Below, piece after piece: positions 21,737 to 32,274 of a stretch of DNA of 64,000 nucleotides. The notes under the pieces are model-generated. The model was not told the origin of the DNA. It saw nothing but the letters and a program-made list of their open reading frames with translations, and ran no database searches. A program made the position numbers and the translations under genes. Within the stretch, counting starts at the first letter, position 1; the number at the start of each line of letters is the position of its first letter. Source of the stretch: an uncultured candidate division Zixibacteria bacterium (GTDB lineage: Bacteria; Zixibacteria; MSB-5A5; UBA10806; 4484-95); contig CAXXKA010000008.1 in the NCBI GenBank assembly GCA_963668625.2, positions 288,001-352,000 of the forward strand, in the 5' to 3' direction.

Positions 21737-22102
21737 ATGGCGACCGTGTTAGTCGTTGATGATTCTAAAGTGATGCGACGAAGTATAAAATCCGTTATCG
21801 CCCAGGCCGGACACAAGGTTATAGGTGAGGCCGAAAACGGTCAATTGGCTTATGAAGCATACTCTGAACTAAAACCGGATGTTGTTACTATGGATGTCGC
21901 CATGCCGGTTATGGATGGTGTCGAGGCTGCTCAGAGAATACTCAAATCCTTTCCCGAGGCTAATATCATTATGGTAAGCGCCCAGAACCAGGAGGATTTA
22001 ATCATCCAGGCGGCTAAGGCCGGCATAAAAAACTATTTCCTAAAACCACTACAAGCCGAAAAAGTCAAACAAATTCTAGATAGTATCGCCGAACTAACCT
22101 AG
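21737..22102 (+). CDS. cheY: Single-domain response regulator (CheY-like)
   Basis: VVDDS, VTMDVAMPVMDG, MVSA, KP; RBS aaggag. Confidence 0.88.
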   Translation: MATVLVVDDSKVMRRSIKSVIAQAGHKVIGEAENGQLAYEAYSELKPDVVTMDVAMPVMDGVEAAQRILKSFPEANIIMVSAQNQEDLIIQAAKAGIKNYFLKPLQAEKVKQILDSIAELT

Positions 22103-22444
22103 CCATGCAAAACAGGTAACAGGCGATACTATAGACTGATAATTTCTCATATAATACTATCAAGTAGCCTTTAACTGATTAATATTACCACCCACTACCA
22201 GGATTCACAATAATTCCCGAGAGAGACAAACACTTTATATAAAGATTATTAATATCCTATAATTTGGTATTCGGCTGAATCTCAGATCAGATTGGTAATT
22301 ACCATTCAGAAACAATTACTTTAAGAAATTGGCACTTAATTTTGGAATAATTGCATGTTGGCAACAATACTATTTATTATATAGTAAAATGAATAATTAT
22401 TACTTAATTACGATGAGTAACTTGAAAGAATGAGGTATCGCTGA

Positions 22445-23482
22445 ATGAAGTATGTAGTCACCGGCGGGGCAGGGTTTCTGGGAATCAATCTGGTACGTTA
22501 TTTATTAGCTAAAGAGCAGCATGTAACATCGCTGGATATACAGCCGTTTACTTACTCGGACTGTAAGGATAAAATAAGGGTAATAGATGGAGATATTCGT
22601 AATCGGGATGATGTTCGCAAGGCTTATAGGGATGCCGATATTGTAGTGCACTCCGCAGCCGCTTTACCGCTGTATAAACCCGAGGATATATATTCAACCA
22701 ATATTGAGGGAACGAGGATAGTTTTCGATGAGGCTATGAAACTCGGCGTTAAGCGGGTAATTCATATTTCATCCACCTCTGTTTATGGCATTCCCGACCA
22801 TCACCCCCTGGTAGAAACAGACCAAATGTACTGTGTCGGTCCCTACGGCGAAACCAAGGTGGAGGCCGAAAGAATCGCATTAGAATATCGGGAAAAGGGT
22901 TTATGCTTACCAATTATCCGTCCCAAATCGTTTATCGGTCCGGAGAGACTCGGAGTTTTCGCCATTTTCTACGAATGGGCTAGAGATGGTCATGGCTTCC
23001 CGATTCTCGGTAAGGGAAATAATCTTTATCAATACCTCGATGTCGAGGATTTGTGCGATGCTATATGGGCAACCGCGACACTGCCCGCGAATGTCGTGAA
23101 CGATACGTTTAATATTGGCGCTAAAGTATACGGCACACCGAGAACCGATTTTCAGGCGGTGTTGGATCATGCCGGTCATGGTAAGAAAGTCGTATCCATA
23201 CCGGAGGCTCCGGCAATAGCGGCATTAAGAATGTTGGAATTTCTTCACCTCTCGCCGCTTTATAAATGGATATATGAAACAGCCGGTAAAGAATCGTTCG
23301 TTTCAATCGAAAAAGCCGAAAAGGTGCTGGGCTATGCCCCCAAATACTCAAATCAGGATGCCTTAATCAGAAATTACGAGTGGTATATTCAAAATTGCGA
23401 TTCTCTGGGAAGCGGCTCAGGTGTAACACATCGTATACCCTGGGGACAGGGAGCTTTAAAACTGGCTAAAAATTTCTTCTAA
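22445..23482 (+). CDS. NAD-dependent epimerase/dehydratase (extended SDR)
   Basis: [23 protein letters not shown] (YxxxK). Confidence 0.9.
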   Translation: MKYVVTGGAGFLGINLVRYLLAKEQHVTSLDIQPFTYSDCKDKIRVIDGDIRNRDDVRKAYRDADIVVHSAAALPLYKPEDIYSTNIEGTRIVFDEAMKLGVKRVIHISSTSVYGIPDHHPLVETDQMYCVGPYGETKVEAERIALEYREKGLCLPIIRPKSFIGPERLGVFAIFYEWARDGHGFPILGKGNNLYQYLDVEDLCDAIWATATLPANVVNDTFNIGAKVYGTPRTDFQAVLDHAGHGKKVVSIPEAPAIAALRMLEFLHLSPLYKWIYETAGKESFVSIEKAEKVLGYAPKYSNQDALIRNYEWYIQNCDSLGSGSGVTHRIPWGQGALKLAKNFF

Positions 23483-23543
23483 GGTTAGTGATACCCTGCC
23501 TGAAATAGTCAGGATTAAAATATCAAGAACGCTATCATAAATC

Positions 23544-23573
23544 AAACATTCCCGATAAATATCGGGAACGTTT
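23544..23573 (+). terminator. Hairpin / probable terminator
   Basis: aaacattcccgat-aaat-atcgggaacgttt. Confidence 0.5.
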
Positions 23574-23713
23574 ATTGTGCTTCCGGTAACTTATTTACCC
23601 GACTGAAGCCAACCGATATCTAAAACTCATATAATTATACTGGAACAATCATGTTATAAATAGTAGTATTAGGTAATGTACACATAACACCAGCAATAAC
23701 TCAGGAGTGAGCT

Positions 23714-24520
23714 ATGCAATACTATAGAAAATACCTCTTTTTATCGTTACCGGTTATTTTAGTTATAATAGCCTGCTCGACCGTTCCGATGACCGGCAGG
23801 AAACAGCTAAATATCATCCCGGAATCGCAGATCAACTCCATGAGCTTCAACCAGTATGATGAGTTCATCAACACGCATAAGTTAAGCGACAACCAAGCTC
23901 AAACAGACATGGTCAAGCGGGTAGGACAAAAGATCCAGGCGGCGGTAGAGCAATATTTCGCACAGGAGGGAATGTCCTCGAAACTTCGCAATTACCGGTG
24001 GGAGTTCAACCTGGTCGAGGATTCGCTGGTAAACGCCTGGTGCATGCCCGGTGGTAAGGTAGTTGTCTATACCGGTATTCTACCGCTAACACGCGATGAG
24101 AAGGGGTTGGCCGTAGTCATGGGACACGAGATCGCCCACGCAATCGCCCAGCATGGCAGCGAACGTATGAGTCAGGGGCTGGTTACGGAGTTCGGCGGCA
24201 TGGCTCTTTCAAAAGCTATCGAGGATAAACCCGAGGAGACACGGAACCTGTATATGTCGGCATTCGGTTTGGGCGCTCAACTGGGTGTACTTCTGCCCTA
24301 TAGCCGTCTTCATGAAAGCGAAGCAGATCATCTGGGGCTTATTTTCATGGCGATGGCCGGTTACGACCCACATGTTGCGGTGGATTTCTGGTCTCGTATG
24401 GCCGAGATGAAAGACGGCGCAGCGCCACCGGAATTTTTAAGCACACATCCCTCGGATCAGACCAGGATAAATGATATAAAAAACCTTCTGCCCGAGGCTA
24501 TGACATACTACGAGAATTAA
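23714..24520 (+). CDS. M48 family metallopeptidase lipoprotein
   Basis: Lipobox IIAC; NAWCMPGGKV; GHEIAH (HExxH); ESEAD; FLSTHP. Confidence 0.92.
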   Translation: MQYYRKYLFLSLPVILVIIACSTVPMTGRKQLNIIPESQINSMSFNQYDEFINTHKLSDNQAQTDMVKRVGQKIQAAVEQYFAQEGMSSKLRNYRWEFNLVEDSLVNAWCMPGGKVVVYTGILPLTRDEKGLAVVMGHEIAHAIAQHGSERMSQGLVTEFGGMALSKAIEDKPEETRNLYMSAFGLGAQLGVLLPYSRLHESEADHLGLIFMAMAGYDPHVAVDFWSRMAEMKDGAAPPEFLSTHPSDQTRINDIKNLLPEAMTYYEN

Positions 24521-24569
24521 GCTGATAGAGAAAACGACAGCCTTGAAAAAATTTCAACAGGAGTAACCG

Positions 24570-25048
24570 ATGCGATATATCGCAACTATTATGATCCTGG
24601 CTTTCGCGGTACTGATAACCAGGGAGTCACCGGGGACAACATTCTGCCCGATATCAACGACCTTTCATGGTTAGAGGGAAATTGGCGCGGAGATTTCGAG
24701 GGTAATCCATTCGAATGTTATTATACCTCTCCGAAGGGCGGGGAAATTCTGAGTGTAAGCAAAGAATTCCATGAGGATAAACCTTGTTTCATAGAATTCG
24801 AGAAATTCTCGCAATCGAATAACACTATAATCATGACACCTTACCCGGCCGGTAAGCAAAGTGTTAATTTTACACTTACCGATTACGACCGCTCGATTAA
24901 ATCAGCCAAGTTCGTAAATCGCGAGCACGATTTCCCGACTGAGATTATCTACGAGATAACATCCGGTGGTAAAATGAAAATCACCGTAGCAGGAGATCAT
25001 GCTGGCAAACGTATGGAGTTAATAGTTAGTCTCGAAAAAGAAAAATAG
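24570..25048 (+). pseudogene. DUF6265-like exported protein with a 1-nt frameshift just after the signal peptide
   Basis: RBS aggag + ATG 24570 encodes signal MRYIATIMILAFAVLIT; the mature domain (DINDLSWLEGNWRG...FVNREHDFPTEIIY) continues in another frame from about 24620. Confidence 0.7.
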
Positions 25049-25304
25049 AATTACTGTTTTCATGATAATTGATCCCGCAACGGAATAGTTCCGACAACAA
25101 TATCTCTATCATATAACCAGTATCCCGTTTATAAATACACGGTCATGACTTACGCCTGGCATAAATGGCAACGATTTTGTATTAACCGATTAGAAATTCA
25201 TATAAGCTTATATGCATCTCATTATTCGCAAAAAACAATCCTCTCGTACTCAAGCGCTTCTCAACGAGAAGGTAAATCAGGGACACTAATGATATCGCAT
25301 ATAA

Positions 25305-25334
25305 GAAAACATCGCGAGATATTAACTCGCGATG
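25305..25334 (-). terminator. Rho-independent terminator closing the TonB/PorV locus
   Basis: Minus strand reads catcgcgagttaatatctcgcgatgttttct. Confidence 0.65.
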
Positions 25335-25391
25335 AATCATAATCATAATATTAGTAATTCTCGAAAAAACTTAGCGGAAACTCCGCATCTA

Positions 25392-27035
25392 TCAATCCTC
25401 GATATCAGTCGATAATTTAAAACGCAATATCCTGTTATTACCACTATCGGAAATATACACGGTTCGTCTATCGGCGAAATAATCGTAGGCTATTCCGCGA
25501 GGATGGTTCATATATCCCTCGCTGACCATTGTGGAATCACCGAGCACACCCCAGGATTCCAGGAAATCACCGCCGGGGCCGAATTTGTAGGCGCATAATG
25601 AATCGCCGGAGACCGTATCGGGTGAGCAGACAATATAGATATTGCCGGAGGGATCGACAGTGGCCGCGTTAGGCCGTATATCCAAATTCTCATCAAGATA
25701 CAAATCTACTTCAGGGCCGGGAGTAATCGCCGCCTGGAAATATTGAACATGATAATATGAGTTAATATACCAGCTAAGTAACTGGGTTTTGAAACTCGAG
25801 GAATCCTGCGTCGACAGGAGAAACAAACCGTCGCTTTTTAAAAACGCGGTAATCCCATTAGGATGGTCGGTATAGCTCACTCCGGTACCGTAATCAACGA
25901 TCGGATTATGTGCCGTATCGGGCACATTCGGATCGGCGCCGGCTATCGCGAATTCGGAAGCGACCATGTAGTCGCTATCGTATTCGAGATCGGCAAAACC
26001 GAAAAACATATAAACCTGACCGGTACCATCGAGAAGGCTATCGTAGCCACAGGCTAAATATGTTTTGTCATCGGTAGGCATATCGCTGATATCGGTGAAT
26101 ATGAAATTGTCGGTTATCATTGAATCCGCCGTCGGATTATCAGCCGTAAAACAGATCACCGGCTCACCGTCACCGCCGGGGCCGACATCTATTTTGTAAA
26201 TATCGCTGGTGCCGTTCACTACCAGCAAATGAAGAACCTCGTTCTGGCTAATGCCAGTCGGATGAGGAACATCATAGGTATCGTGGATGGTACCCGCGGC
26301 ATCCAGACGTACGATTCGATTGTTACCGGTGTCGCAAACATACAGATACGTATCCAGTCCGATCAGCATATTGCCCGGGTTCAAGAAACTATAACCATTG
26401 TCATCATCCCATGGCGGATTAAGCTGTATGAAAGTCGTATCGGAGAGCCCGGCTAAAACATCCTGAAGCTTTATGCCGATCTGAACCGACTGTGCGCCCG
26501 AGGGAGGCGTTATCGAGGCAGTCAGAAGTTGCCATTCGCTGGAATTAGCGGAAATCGCGGCCCCACTCGGGGTATCATTATCCCAATAATACATCAACTG
26601 CGCCTGACCGCCTTCATCGTTATCGTATACGTAAATACTACATGTATAAGTCATCTCATCATCAACCGGTATGGGATCACTTTTGATAGTCAGGTCGGAT
26701 TCGGAAATCCAGTATAACTGCGCGCTGTAATCACCGCCATTAACAATTGCTTCTTCCCTGTTGGCGAACAAAGAATCGGATGATAGCTCCCAATCCGACA
26801 GTTCATAATAAGTAGTGCTATCGACTGTTTCCTCCACCCAGGTTTCCATATCGCCGTTACTAATTAGCTGTTCATAGTTCTGGGTATTGGGATTAATCCC
26901 CCATAAAACGGCGTCATCGATATAAACAGCAGCGCTTTCGAATCTAGTTTCCTGAGGACGGGATATTTTCTCTCCACAAGAAAGGATTAAAAACACGATC
27001 ATCATAACCGATACTAATGCTAAAACGTATTTCAT
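25392..27035 (-). CDS. Lipoprotein with CBM-like jelly-roll domain and NHL/beta-propeller repeats
   Basis: Lipobox LILSC; NGDMETW...IGIKL domain; YVCDTGNNRI, HPRGIA, YISDSGNNRILRF NHL motifs. Confidence 0.8.
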   Translation of the reverse strand: MKYVLALVSVMMIVFLILSCGEKISRPQETRFESAAVYIDDAVLWGINPNTQNYEQLISNGDMETWVEETVDSTTYYELSDWELSSDSLFANREEAIVNGGDYSAQLYWISESDLTIKSDPIPVDDEMTYTCSIYVYDNDEGGQAQLMYYWDNDTPSGAAISANSSEWQLLTASITPPSGAQSVQIGIKLQDVLAGLSDTTFIQLNPPWDDDNGYSFLNPGNMLIGLDTYLYVCDTGNNRIVRLDAAGTIHDTYDVPHPTGISQNEVLHLLVVNGTSDIYKIDVGPGGDGEPVICFTADNPTADSMITDNFIFTDISDMPTDDKTYLACGYDSLLDGTGQVYMFFGFADLEYDSDYMVASEFAIAGADPNVPDTAHNPIVDYGTGVSYTDHPNGITAFLKSDGLFLLSTQDSSSFKTQLLSWYINSYYHVQYFQAAITPGPEVDLYLDENLDIRPNAATVDPSGNIYIVCSPDTVSGDSLCAYKFGPGGDFLESWGVLGDSTMVSEGYMNHPRGIAYDYFADRRTVYISDSGNNRILRFKLSTDIED

Positions 27036-27039
27036 CGAA

Positions 27040-28038
27040 CTAATACTCCAATACCACCGAGAAAATGTTAGTGCCGCCGAGATCTTTCATGTCGGTATAA
27101 GCGAAATCCAGAAGCGCGTTAAAACCCGAGGCGTTTATTTTAAGCCCGGCGCCCAGCGAGAAATTTTCGACCGAGGAGTTGAACAGGTAACCGCCCCTGA
27201 GAAAGAGCATATCCTGGTAGCCGTATTCGACACCCATCGCGATATTTTCGGCGTTGTCTGTTGGATGGTTTAACTGTGTCGCCCAGGTAAGCTTTCCGTT
27301 GTCGGTCGTCAGCGGATCGAAAGCCGCCGAAAGCTTGAACACGGTTGGCGAGGAGAACGACTGGTAATCTTTCTCGATCCACTCACCGGATACTGTTTTA
27401 TACCGGAAAGAACCTTCAGGCTTAATCCTGCCCCCGAAATTCGACATATTAATAGCGAAACGAGTTGCGTAAAAATCGGTCTGATACAGAGTGCCGAGAT
27501 CGAACATCAAGGCGCGCATCTTCAAATCGTCCAAGTTTTCCTGCGCGAATTTGATAGTAAGCCCGCAGGAGAAATATTCCGTAAGTCTGATAGCGTATGT
27601 CAACCCGGCCGCAAAATCGGAATAGTCGAACATCTCGCCATTACCGGTCGGATTGTACTCGTCGGTCATCTCGAACGAGTCGGTTCCCAGGGTAATCAAG
27701 TAGGCTCCCAGCACATTCGAGTCATCCAGATGTTTGGTAACCCCGAAAAAACTATGCTTGAACTCTACTACCCATTGACGGTAGGCGAATCCGAAACCAT
27801 CCCTGTCATTGAAAGCGATACCGGCGGGATTGTGGTACAGTGCGAAAGCATCCGTAGCCGTTGCGGTGTAGGCTCCAGCCAGGGAGGCCGCCCTGGCGCC
27901 AACCCCGATTTTCAAAAATGTCATGGCTGAGGTGCCGGAACGCTCCTCGCCCAGGCTGGGGAAAATGTTGCCGGCGTTTGCTGATGAGATAGCCATGATA
28001 ATCAGCAGTACAGTTATAATTCTCGTAACTTTTACCAT
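27040..28038 (-). CDS. PorV/PorQ-family outer-membrane beta-barrel
   Basis: FLKIGVGARAASLAGAY, YHNPAGIA, FDLGTLY, GVEY..MLFLRGGY. Confidence 0.88.
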   Translation of the reverse strand: MVKVTRIITVLLIIMAISSANAGNIFPSLGEERSGTSAMTFLKIGVGARAASLAGAYTATATDAFALYHNPAGIAFNDRDGFGFAYRQWVVEFKHSFFGVTKHLDDSNVLGAYLITLGTDSFEMTDEYNPTGNGEMFDYSDFAAGLTYAIRLTEYFSCGLTIKFAQENLDDLKMRALMFDLGTLYQTDFYATRFAINMSNFGGRIKPEGSFRYKTVSGEWIEKDYQSFSSPTVFKLSAAFDPLTTDNGKLTWATQLNHPTDNAENIAMGVEYGYQDMLFLRGGYLFNSSVENFSLGAGLKINASGFNALLDFAYTDMKDLGGTNIFSVVLEY

Positions 28039-30818
28039 GCTATTGATATCCCCAGTTTGATATTACGCGGCGCCAAGTATCTGGCCGGATCGAACGGGTA
28101 AGGATAGGTCGGAGAGATATCCGGGTTTATCGGATCGTTCCAGCTTGGCAGAACTTCATCTCCATACTCGTAAGCCGTGCCGGTTAGCGGATTAATTATC
28201 TTGGAATTATTTTCGTTAGTAAGATTCGTAATTTCGAGGAACAACGAATATTTCAAACCGAAGGCCTCGAAATGTTTCTTTACGCTCATGTCTATCCAGC
28301 GCCAATCCTCGGCTGTTTTGCTATAAGGATCGTTGTTGTTCTTGATATATTCCGGTTCCTGGCCGACCTTCTCGATCTTCGTATAGGTGGTATACCTCTT
28401 ACCGGACTGCCAGAAAAAGCGAAGGTACAGATTCCATTTATCGGGAAGATTGAACACTCCGAAATGATAACGGTCTCCCTCATTGGCGAACAGGGAAACA
28501 TCAGCGGATAGACGGAGCGGCCTGTCCCAGGAAAGGTAATTCTCTTTAATCGATTTCTCCTCGAGCTCGCCCTTGGCCACCAGAAGCTCATCCTTGGGAG
28601 AGGAACTCTTACCGGTTGCCACCGAGTACGATCCCTGCAGGATGATATTCATCAACTTGCTGGCGCGTTTCTTGTACTCTATCTCGATACCGCGTGAACG
28701 AGCATAGTCGAGATTGAAATACATCTGGAAACTCTGGTTGGCATACCTGCCGCCCTGCGAGATACTGAACGAAGCGATATAATCGAAAATATCTTTGTAA
28801 TAAGTCGTTACCGAAAGAACGTCATTGGTGGTTATCTCGTAGCGCATACCCAACTCGTACGATACGGTCGTCTCCGGATTCAAATTAGGGTTGCCGAACA
28901 ACGGGTAGGATGAGTTCGTACTGACCGAGGATAGCTTGGCATAAACTCTCTGCGGCTGTGGTAATTTCGAGAAATGGCCGTACGAATAAAAAAGCATCAC
29001 ATTATCCAAAACCGGGTGGGAAATACCCAGCCTGGGGGAGAGATGGCTTTTACCGCGATGGCCGAAGAAATCGAAGGTATCGTTAATGTACGATTGTTTC
29101 AAATTATCCGATATTATCTCGGACTTCTGGTCGATCACCAGATCATCCACATAATCTCCGGGGAGCCACCAATCAAAGCGAAGACCCAGGTTTATGATAA
29201 GACCGAACGACGTGATCTTGTCCTGAACGTATACCGCACCGGTGTTCGGGTACACTTTATATATATCATGGTCGAGCCCAAGACCGTCCTGGCCGATACC
29301 TGGCTTGTTAATATCCACCATCTGGATTTGCTGCAGGTTAGACTCGAAACCGGCCTTAGCTACGTGCTTATCGCCGATACTCAGGTTGGCGTCGTACTTG
29401 AAAGTAAACTGTTCGAAATAATAGTCGCGCCACTCTTCGGCTTCACCGTAATCATAGAAACCATCACCGGTGGTTATTTCATAATGCGAATCGTCTATAC
29501 CATCGTTGGGGTTGGAATCCGGTACAAAGAAATAGTTAATCGGTAATATGTCGATGGGCTCCTCGAGATAGTCATCCCAGTTATTATCACCGACCGCATT
29601 ACGCATCTGGGTGAAAAAGCGAGAAAGCCTGAATTCATGGAAAAATCTCGGGCTGGTCGTATGTGAAAAGAGCAAGCTTTGTTGATTGGAAACCCTGGTA
29701 CGCGTGCTATAATCCTCAAGAATATTTTGATACTGGAAAGGGTACGAATCGAAATCGGGATTAGGGTTTTCGAAATCATTGGAATCGAATCCCTGGTTTA
29801 TGCTGGCCGATCCCTTGAACGTTCCCACCAATTTCATTCTGGGGTTAAAGCGATGAGTAAGCTTAAACAGCCCCGAATACTGGTTAGCTTCTCGCGGGGC
29901 GAATTGAGTCCCACCGAAAAGCGAGGAACGCAGATTATGCGTGTGAGGCAGATAAGTATCTGAAAGGTTCGAATAAGCTGAAAGGAAAAACGATGTTTTT
30001 TTCGAAAGTATAATCGGCCCGGAAAGCTGTAACTCGGTAACATCCGAATTGAAATTTGAGGCGTCGAATATTCCGAAATCATCCGTCTTGTAAGAAAGCT
30101 TACCGGAATAATTCTCTACCGAGCCCTCTTTGGTTTTAACCTGAACGACACCCGACATAGCCTGGCCGTATTCGGCGTTAAATCCGCCGGTTAACACCTC
30201 GAACTCCTCGATAGCGCCGGCCGTGACTGTCAGTCCGCCGGTACCGCCGGTGTACGGATCTTGAATCGAGATGCCGTCCACGAGATACGAGTTCTCGTAC
30301 GATCGCCCGCCTCGAATATGTATATCATTTCCGATAGCCACGACACCGGCCTGATTTTTCACCAGGTCGGCCACATTTTCAACCACCAACTCATCGATTT
30401 GCCTCGCACCCAATGTCGTACCGCTCTCGGTTTGTTCGATATCCATAAGGGGCTTCTCGCCGAGCACGACAACGCTGTCGCCGGCTATGAACGTTTCGGT
30501 TAGTTGAAAATCTATCACCAGCGTATCGTCATCGGCAACCTTCACACCTGTGCGAAGAATCGGTGTATAGCCGATCAATCGGGCCTCGATATTGTAAGTC
30601 CCGCCCTTCATATTTTTAATCTTGTAGCGACCGGCGAAATCGGTCTTGGCGCCATAGTAAGTACCTTTAACCATCACCGTAACACCGATAAGCTCTTCGC
30701 CGTTTGCCGAATCGGTGACAACACCCATGATGACCGTATTCTCGGCCCTGGATATTTGGAATGTACTTACGATGAATACTAATATGCAGGGTATTAAAAG
30801 TAGAAATCTTTTACTCAT
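28032..30818 (-). CDS. TonB-dependent receptor with N-terminal carboxypeptidase-regulatory-like domain
   Basis: Start MSKRFLLL (signal); GVVTDSANGEELIG; plug IHIRGGR, GGFNAEYGQAMSGVV; SPRLGISHP; GNPNLNPETT; PRNIKLGISIAW. Confidence 0.92.
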   Translation of the reverse strand: MSKRFLLLIPCILVFIVSTFQISRAENTVIMGVVTDSANGEELIGVTVMVKGTYYGAKTDFAGRYKIKNMKGGTYNIEARLIGYTPILRTGVKVADDDTLVIDFQLTETFIAGDSVVVLGEKPLMDIEQTESGTTLGARQIDELVVENVADLVKNQAGVVAIGNDIHIRGGRSYENSYLVDGISIQDPYTGGTGGLTVTAGAIEEFEVLTGGFNAEYGQAMSGVVQVKTKEGSVENYSGKLSYKTDDFGIFDASNFNSDVTELQLSGPIILSKKTSFFLSAYSNLSDTYLPHTHNLRSSLFGGTQFAPREANQYSGLFKLTHRFNPRMKLVGTFKGSASINQGFDSNDFENPNPDFDSYPFQYQNILEDYSTRTRVSNQQSLLFSHTTSPRFFHEFRLSRFFTQMRNAVGDNNWDDYLEEPIDILPINYFFVPDSNPNDGIDDSHYEITTGDGFYDYGEAEEWRDYYFEQFTFKYDANLSIGDKHVAKAGFESNLQQIQMVDINKPGIGQDGLGLDHDIYKVYPNTGAVYVQDKITSFGLIINLGLRFDWWLPGDYVDDLVIDQKSEIISDNLKQSYINDTFDFFGHRGKSHLSPRLGISHPVLDNVMLFYSYGHFSKLPQPQRVYAKLSSVSTNSSYPLFGNPNLNPETTVSYELGMRYEITTNDVLSVTTYYKDIFDYIASFSISQGGRYANQSFQMYFNLDYARSRGIEIEYKKRASKLMNIILQGSYSVATGKSSSPKDELLVAKGELEEKSIKENYLSWDRPLRLSADVSLFANEGDRYHFGVFNLPDKWNLYLRFFWQSGKRYTTYTKIEKVGQEPEYIKNNNDPYSKTAEDWRWIDMSVKKHFEAFGLKYSLFLEITNLTNENNSKIINPLTGTAYEYGDEVLPSWNDPINPDISPTYPYPFDPARYLAPRNIKLGISIAW

Positions 30819-32253
30819 CGGCAAACTCGTTTTGCAATATATGTGTAAATATCTGACGGAAACCGTCATTAACGTTACAATCGAAAACAGGGAAACTGAA
30901 AAACACCAGCCTGGCAGGCTCCTGTGTCGAGGCATCTGGATCGTAGGGGAATCGTACAGCCATAGTATCGCCAATAGCGCCGGCATCATTAGCCGCCCCG
31001 ATCTGGTAAATCGCGGCGATACCATCACCAATTAATCCCTCGGGTTTTGCCGGGGCAAATGAAAAGTCATGAGATATCGACTGTGTCGTTCTCAATTCGT
31101 AAGGATATCCATCCATGAGATTAAGAGAATCCGGCTGGACGAATAAAGTCGGCCTGAAAACGTCGGTGTCATAAATAGAATCAACAGGCATAAACGGATA
31201 TATGATCGTATCCGAAGTCGAATAATCAGTATTTAAAAATACGTGACCGCCCGAGTTGATGAAGTTCGTAATGCCTGTTGCGGTTCGATCGAAATTCCTC
31301 GCGGTACCGGCGTTGTAAACCAGTATATCGAAATCCCTCAAACCATGCTCGAAATCCTGACTGTAGTAAATCGGCCGATCCGTAAAATCAAGAGAGGTAA
31401 ATTCAATACCGAGATCGTTCATGACAGCGGAAAACATCGTATCAGCCAGGATAGACTGGTACGAGTTGTCATCAACATACAGTACCTCGCCATGAGGCTC
31501 GAGTACCTGCCATACGCCGGTAGTCTCCGGGTAGTACACGACATCGCTGTAAGCTCCCGCGATATCCTGACATCTGAGGAACACTCGATAGTAACCTGAA
31601 TCGAGTTCCTCGAACGTATGGGTAAATGTCAGCGAATCGAGCCTTAGCCAATCGGACTCCAATGAGTCCTTTTCGTGCACCCATTGAATCGAGGAATCCA
31701 TAAGGCATATCTCGTATCCTGAAATCGACTCGTCGCCGTCGGGATCGCTCGAGATCCAGGTGAACGTATGATATCCCAGCGTAACCGAGTGCTCGGAGGC
31801 ATACTCGTTTATGAACGTGGCCGGGAAATTCACTGTCGGCGCGGAGTTTATTATCGGGAAAGTCAGAGATGAAGGCGAGGGGTCAATTGCCGAATCCGAA
31901 TCCATCGCTCTGACGTAAAACGTGAACAGATCGACTAACGTATCGATCTCCACGTAGAACGTGTCCATAACATCCTCGGTGAATGACCAGGCGCCGTCGA
32001 CCGTGGTATCATCCCATGCCCACTCGTAACCTATCACTTCACCGTCAGGATCATCGCCATACCAGTGCAACACCAGCATACTCGCCGAGGTGTCGGGCAT
32101 GGCCGTGGAATCGATAACTCCGAGAGAGTCACCGATTGCCAAAAATAGATGAGTATCGGGCGGCCTGTTAGGATTCGGATTCGATACTTTCTTATCCGTA
32201 CAGGCCGCCAGACCCATCATTATCGCCAGTAGAAAAATTATTAATTTCTTCAA
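30811..32253 (-). CDS. Acidic lipoprotein of unknown function (Ig/FN3-like repeats)
   Basis: Lipobox LAAC; NRPPDT; two W.G/S.DPDG repeats; FYVRAMD...DPSP. Confidence 0.8.
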   Translation of the reverse strand: MKKLIIFLLAIMMGLAACTDKKVSNPNPNRPPDTHLFLAIGDSLGVIDSTAMPDTSASMLVLHWYGDDPDGEVIGYEWAWDDTTVDGAWSFTEDVMDTFYVEIDTLVDLFTFYVRAMDSDSAIDPSPSSLTFPIINSAPTVNFPATFINEYASEHSVTLGYHTFTWISSDPDGDESISGYEICLMDSSIQWVHEKDSLESDWLRLDSLTFTHTFEELDSGYYRVFLRCQDIAGAYSDVVYYPETTGVWQVLEPHGEVLYVDDNSYQSILADTMFSAVMNDLGIEFTSLDFTDRPIYYSQDFEHGLRDFDILVYNAGTARNFDRTATGITNFINSGGHVFLNTDYSTSDTIIYPFMPVDSIYDTDVFRPTLFVQPDSLNLMDGYPYELRTTQSISHDFSFAPAKPEGLIGDGIAAIYQIGAANDAGAIGDTMAVRFPYDPDASTQEPARLVFFSFPVFDCNVNDGFRQIFTHILQNEFADE

Positions 32254-32274
32254 TTTCTATCGCAAATATTCTTG

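Noticed and set aside
22328-22348. Possible sigma54 promoter (tggcac...)
   Set aside because: No GC at the -12 position with correct spacing.
30819-31031. N-terminal 71 aa of the 999-aa TonB receptor ORF
   Set aside because: Overlaps the upstream lipoprotein gene; the signal peptide begins at ATG 30818.
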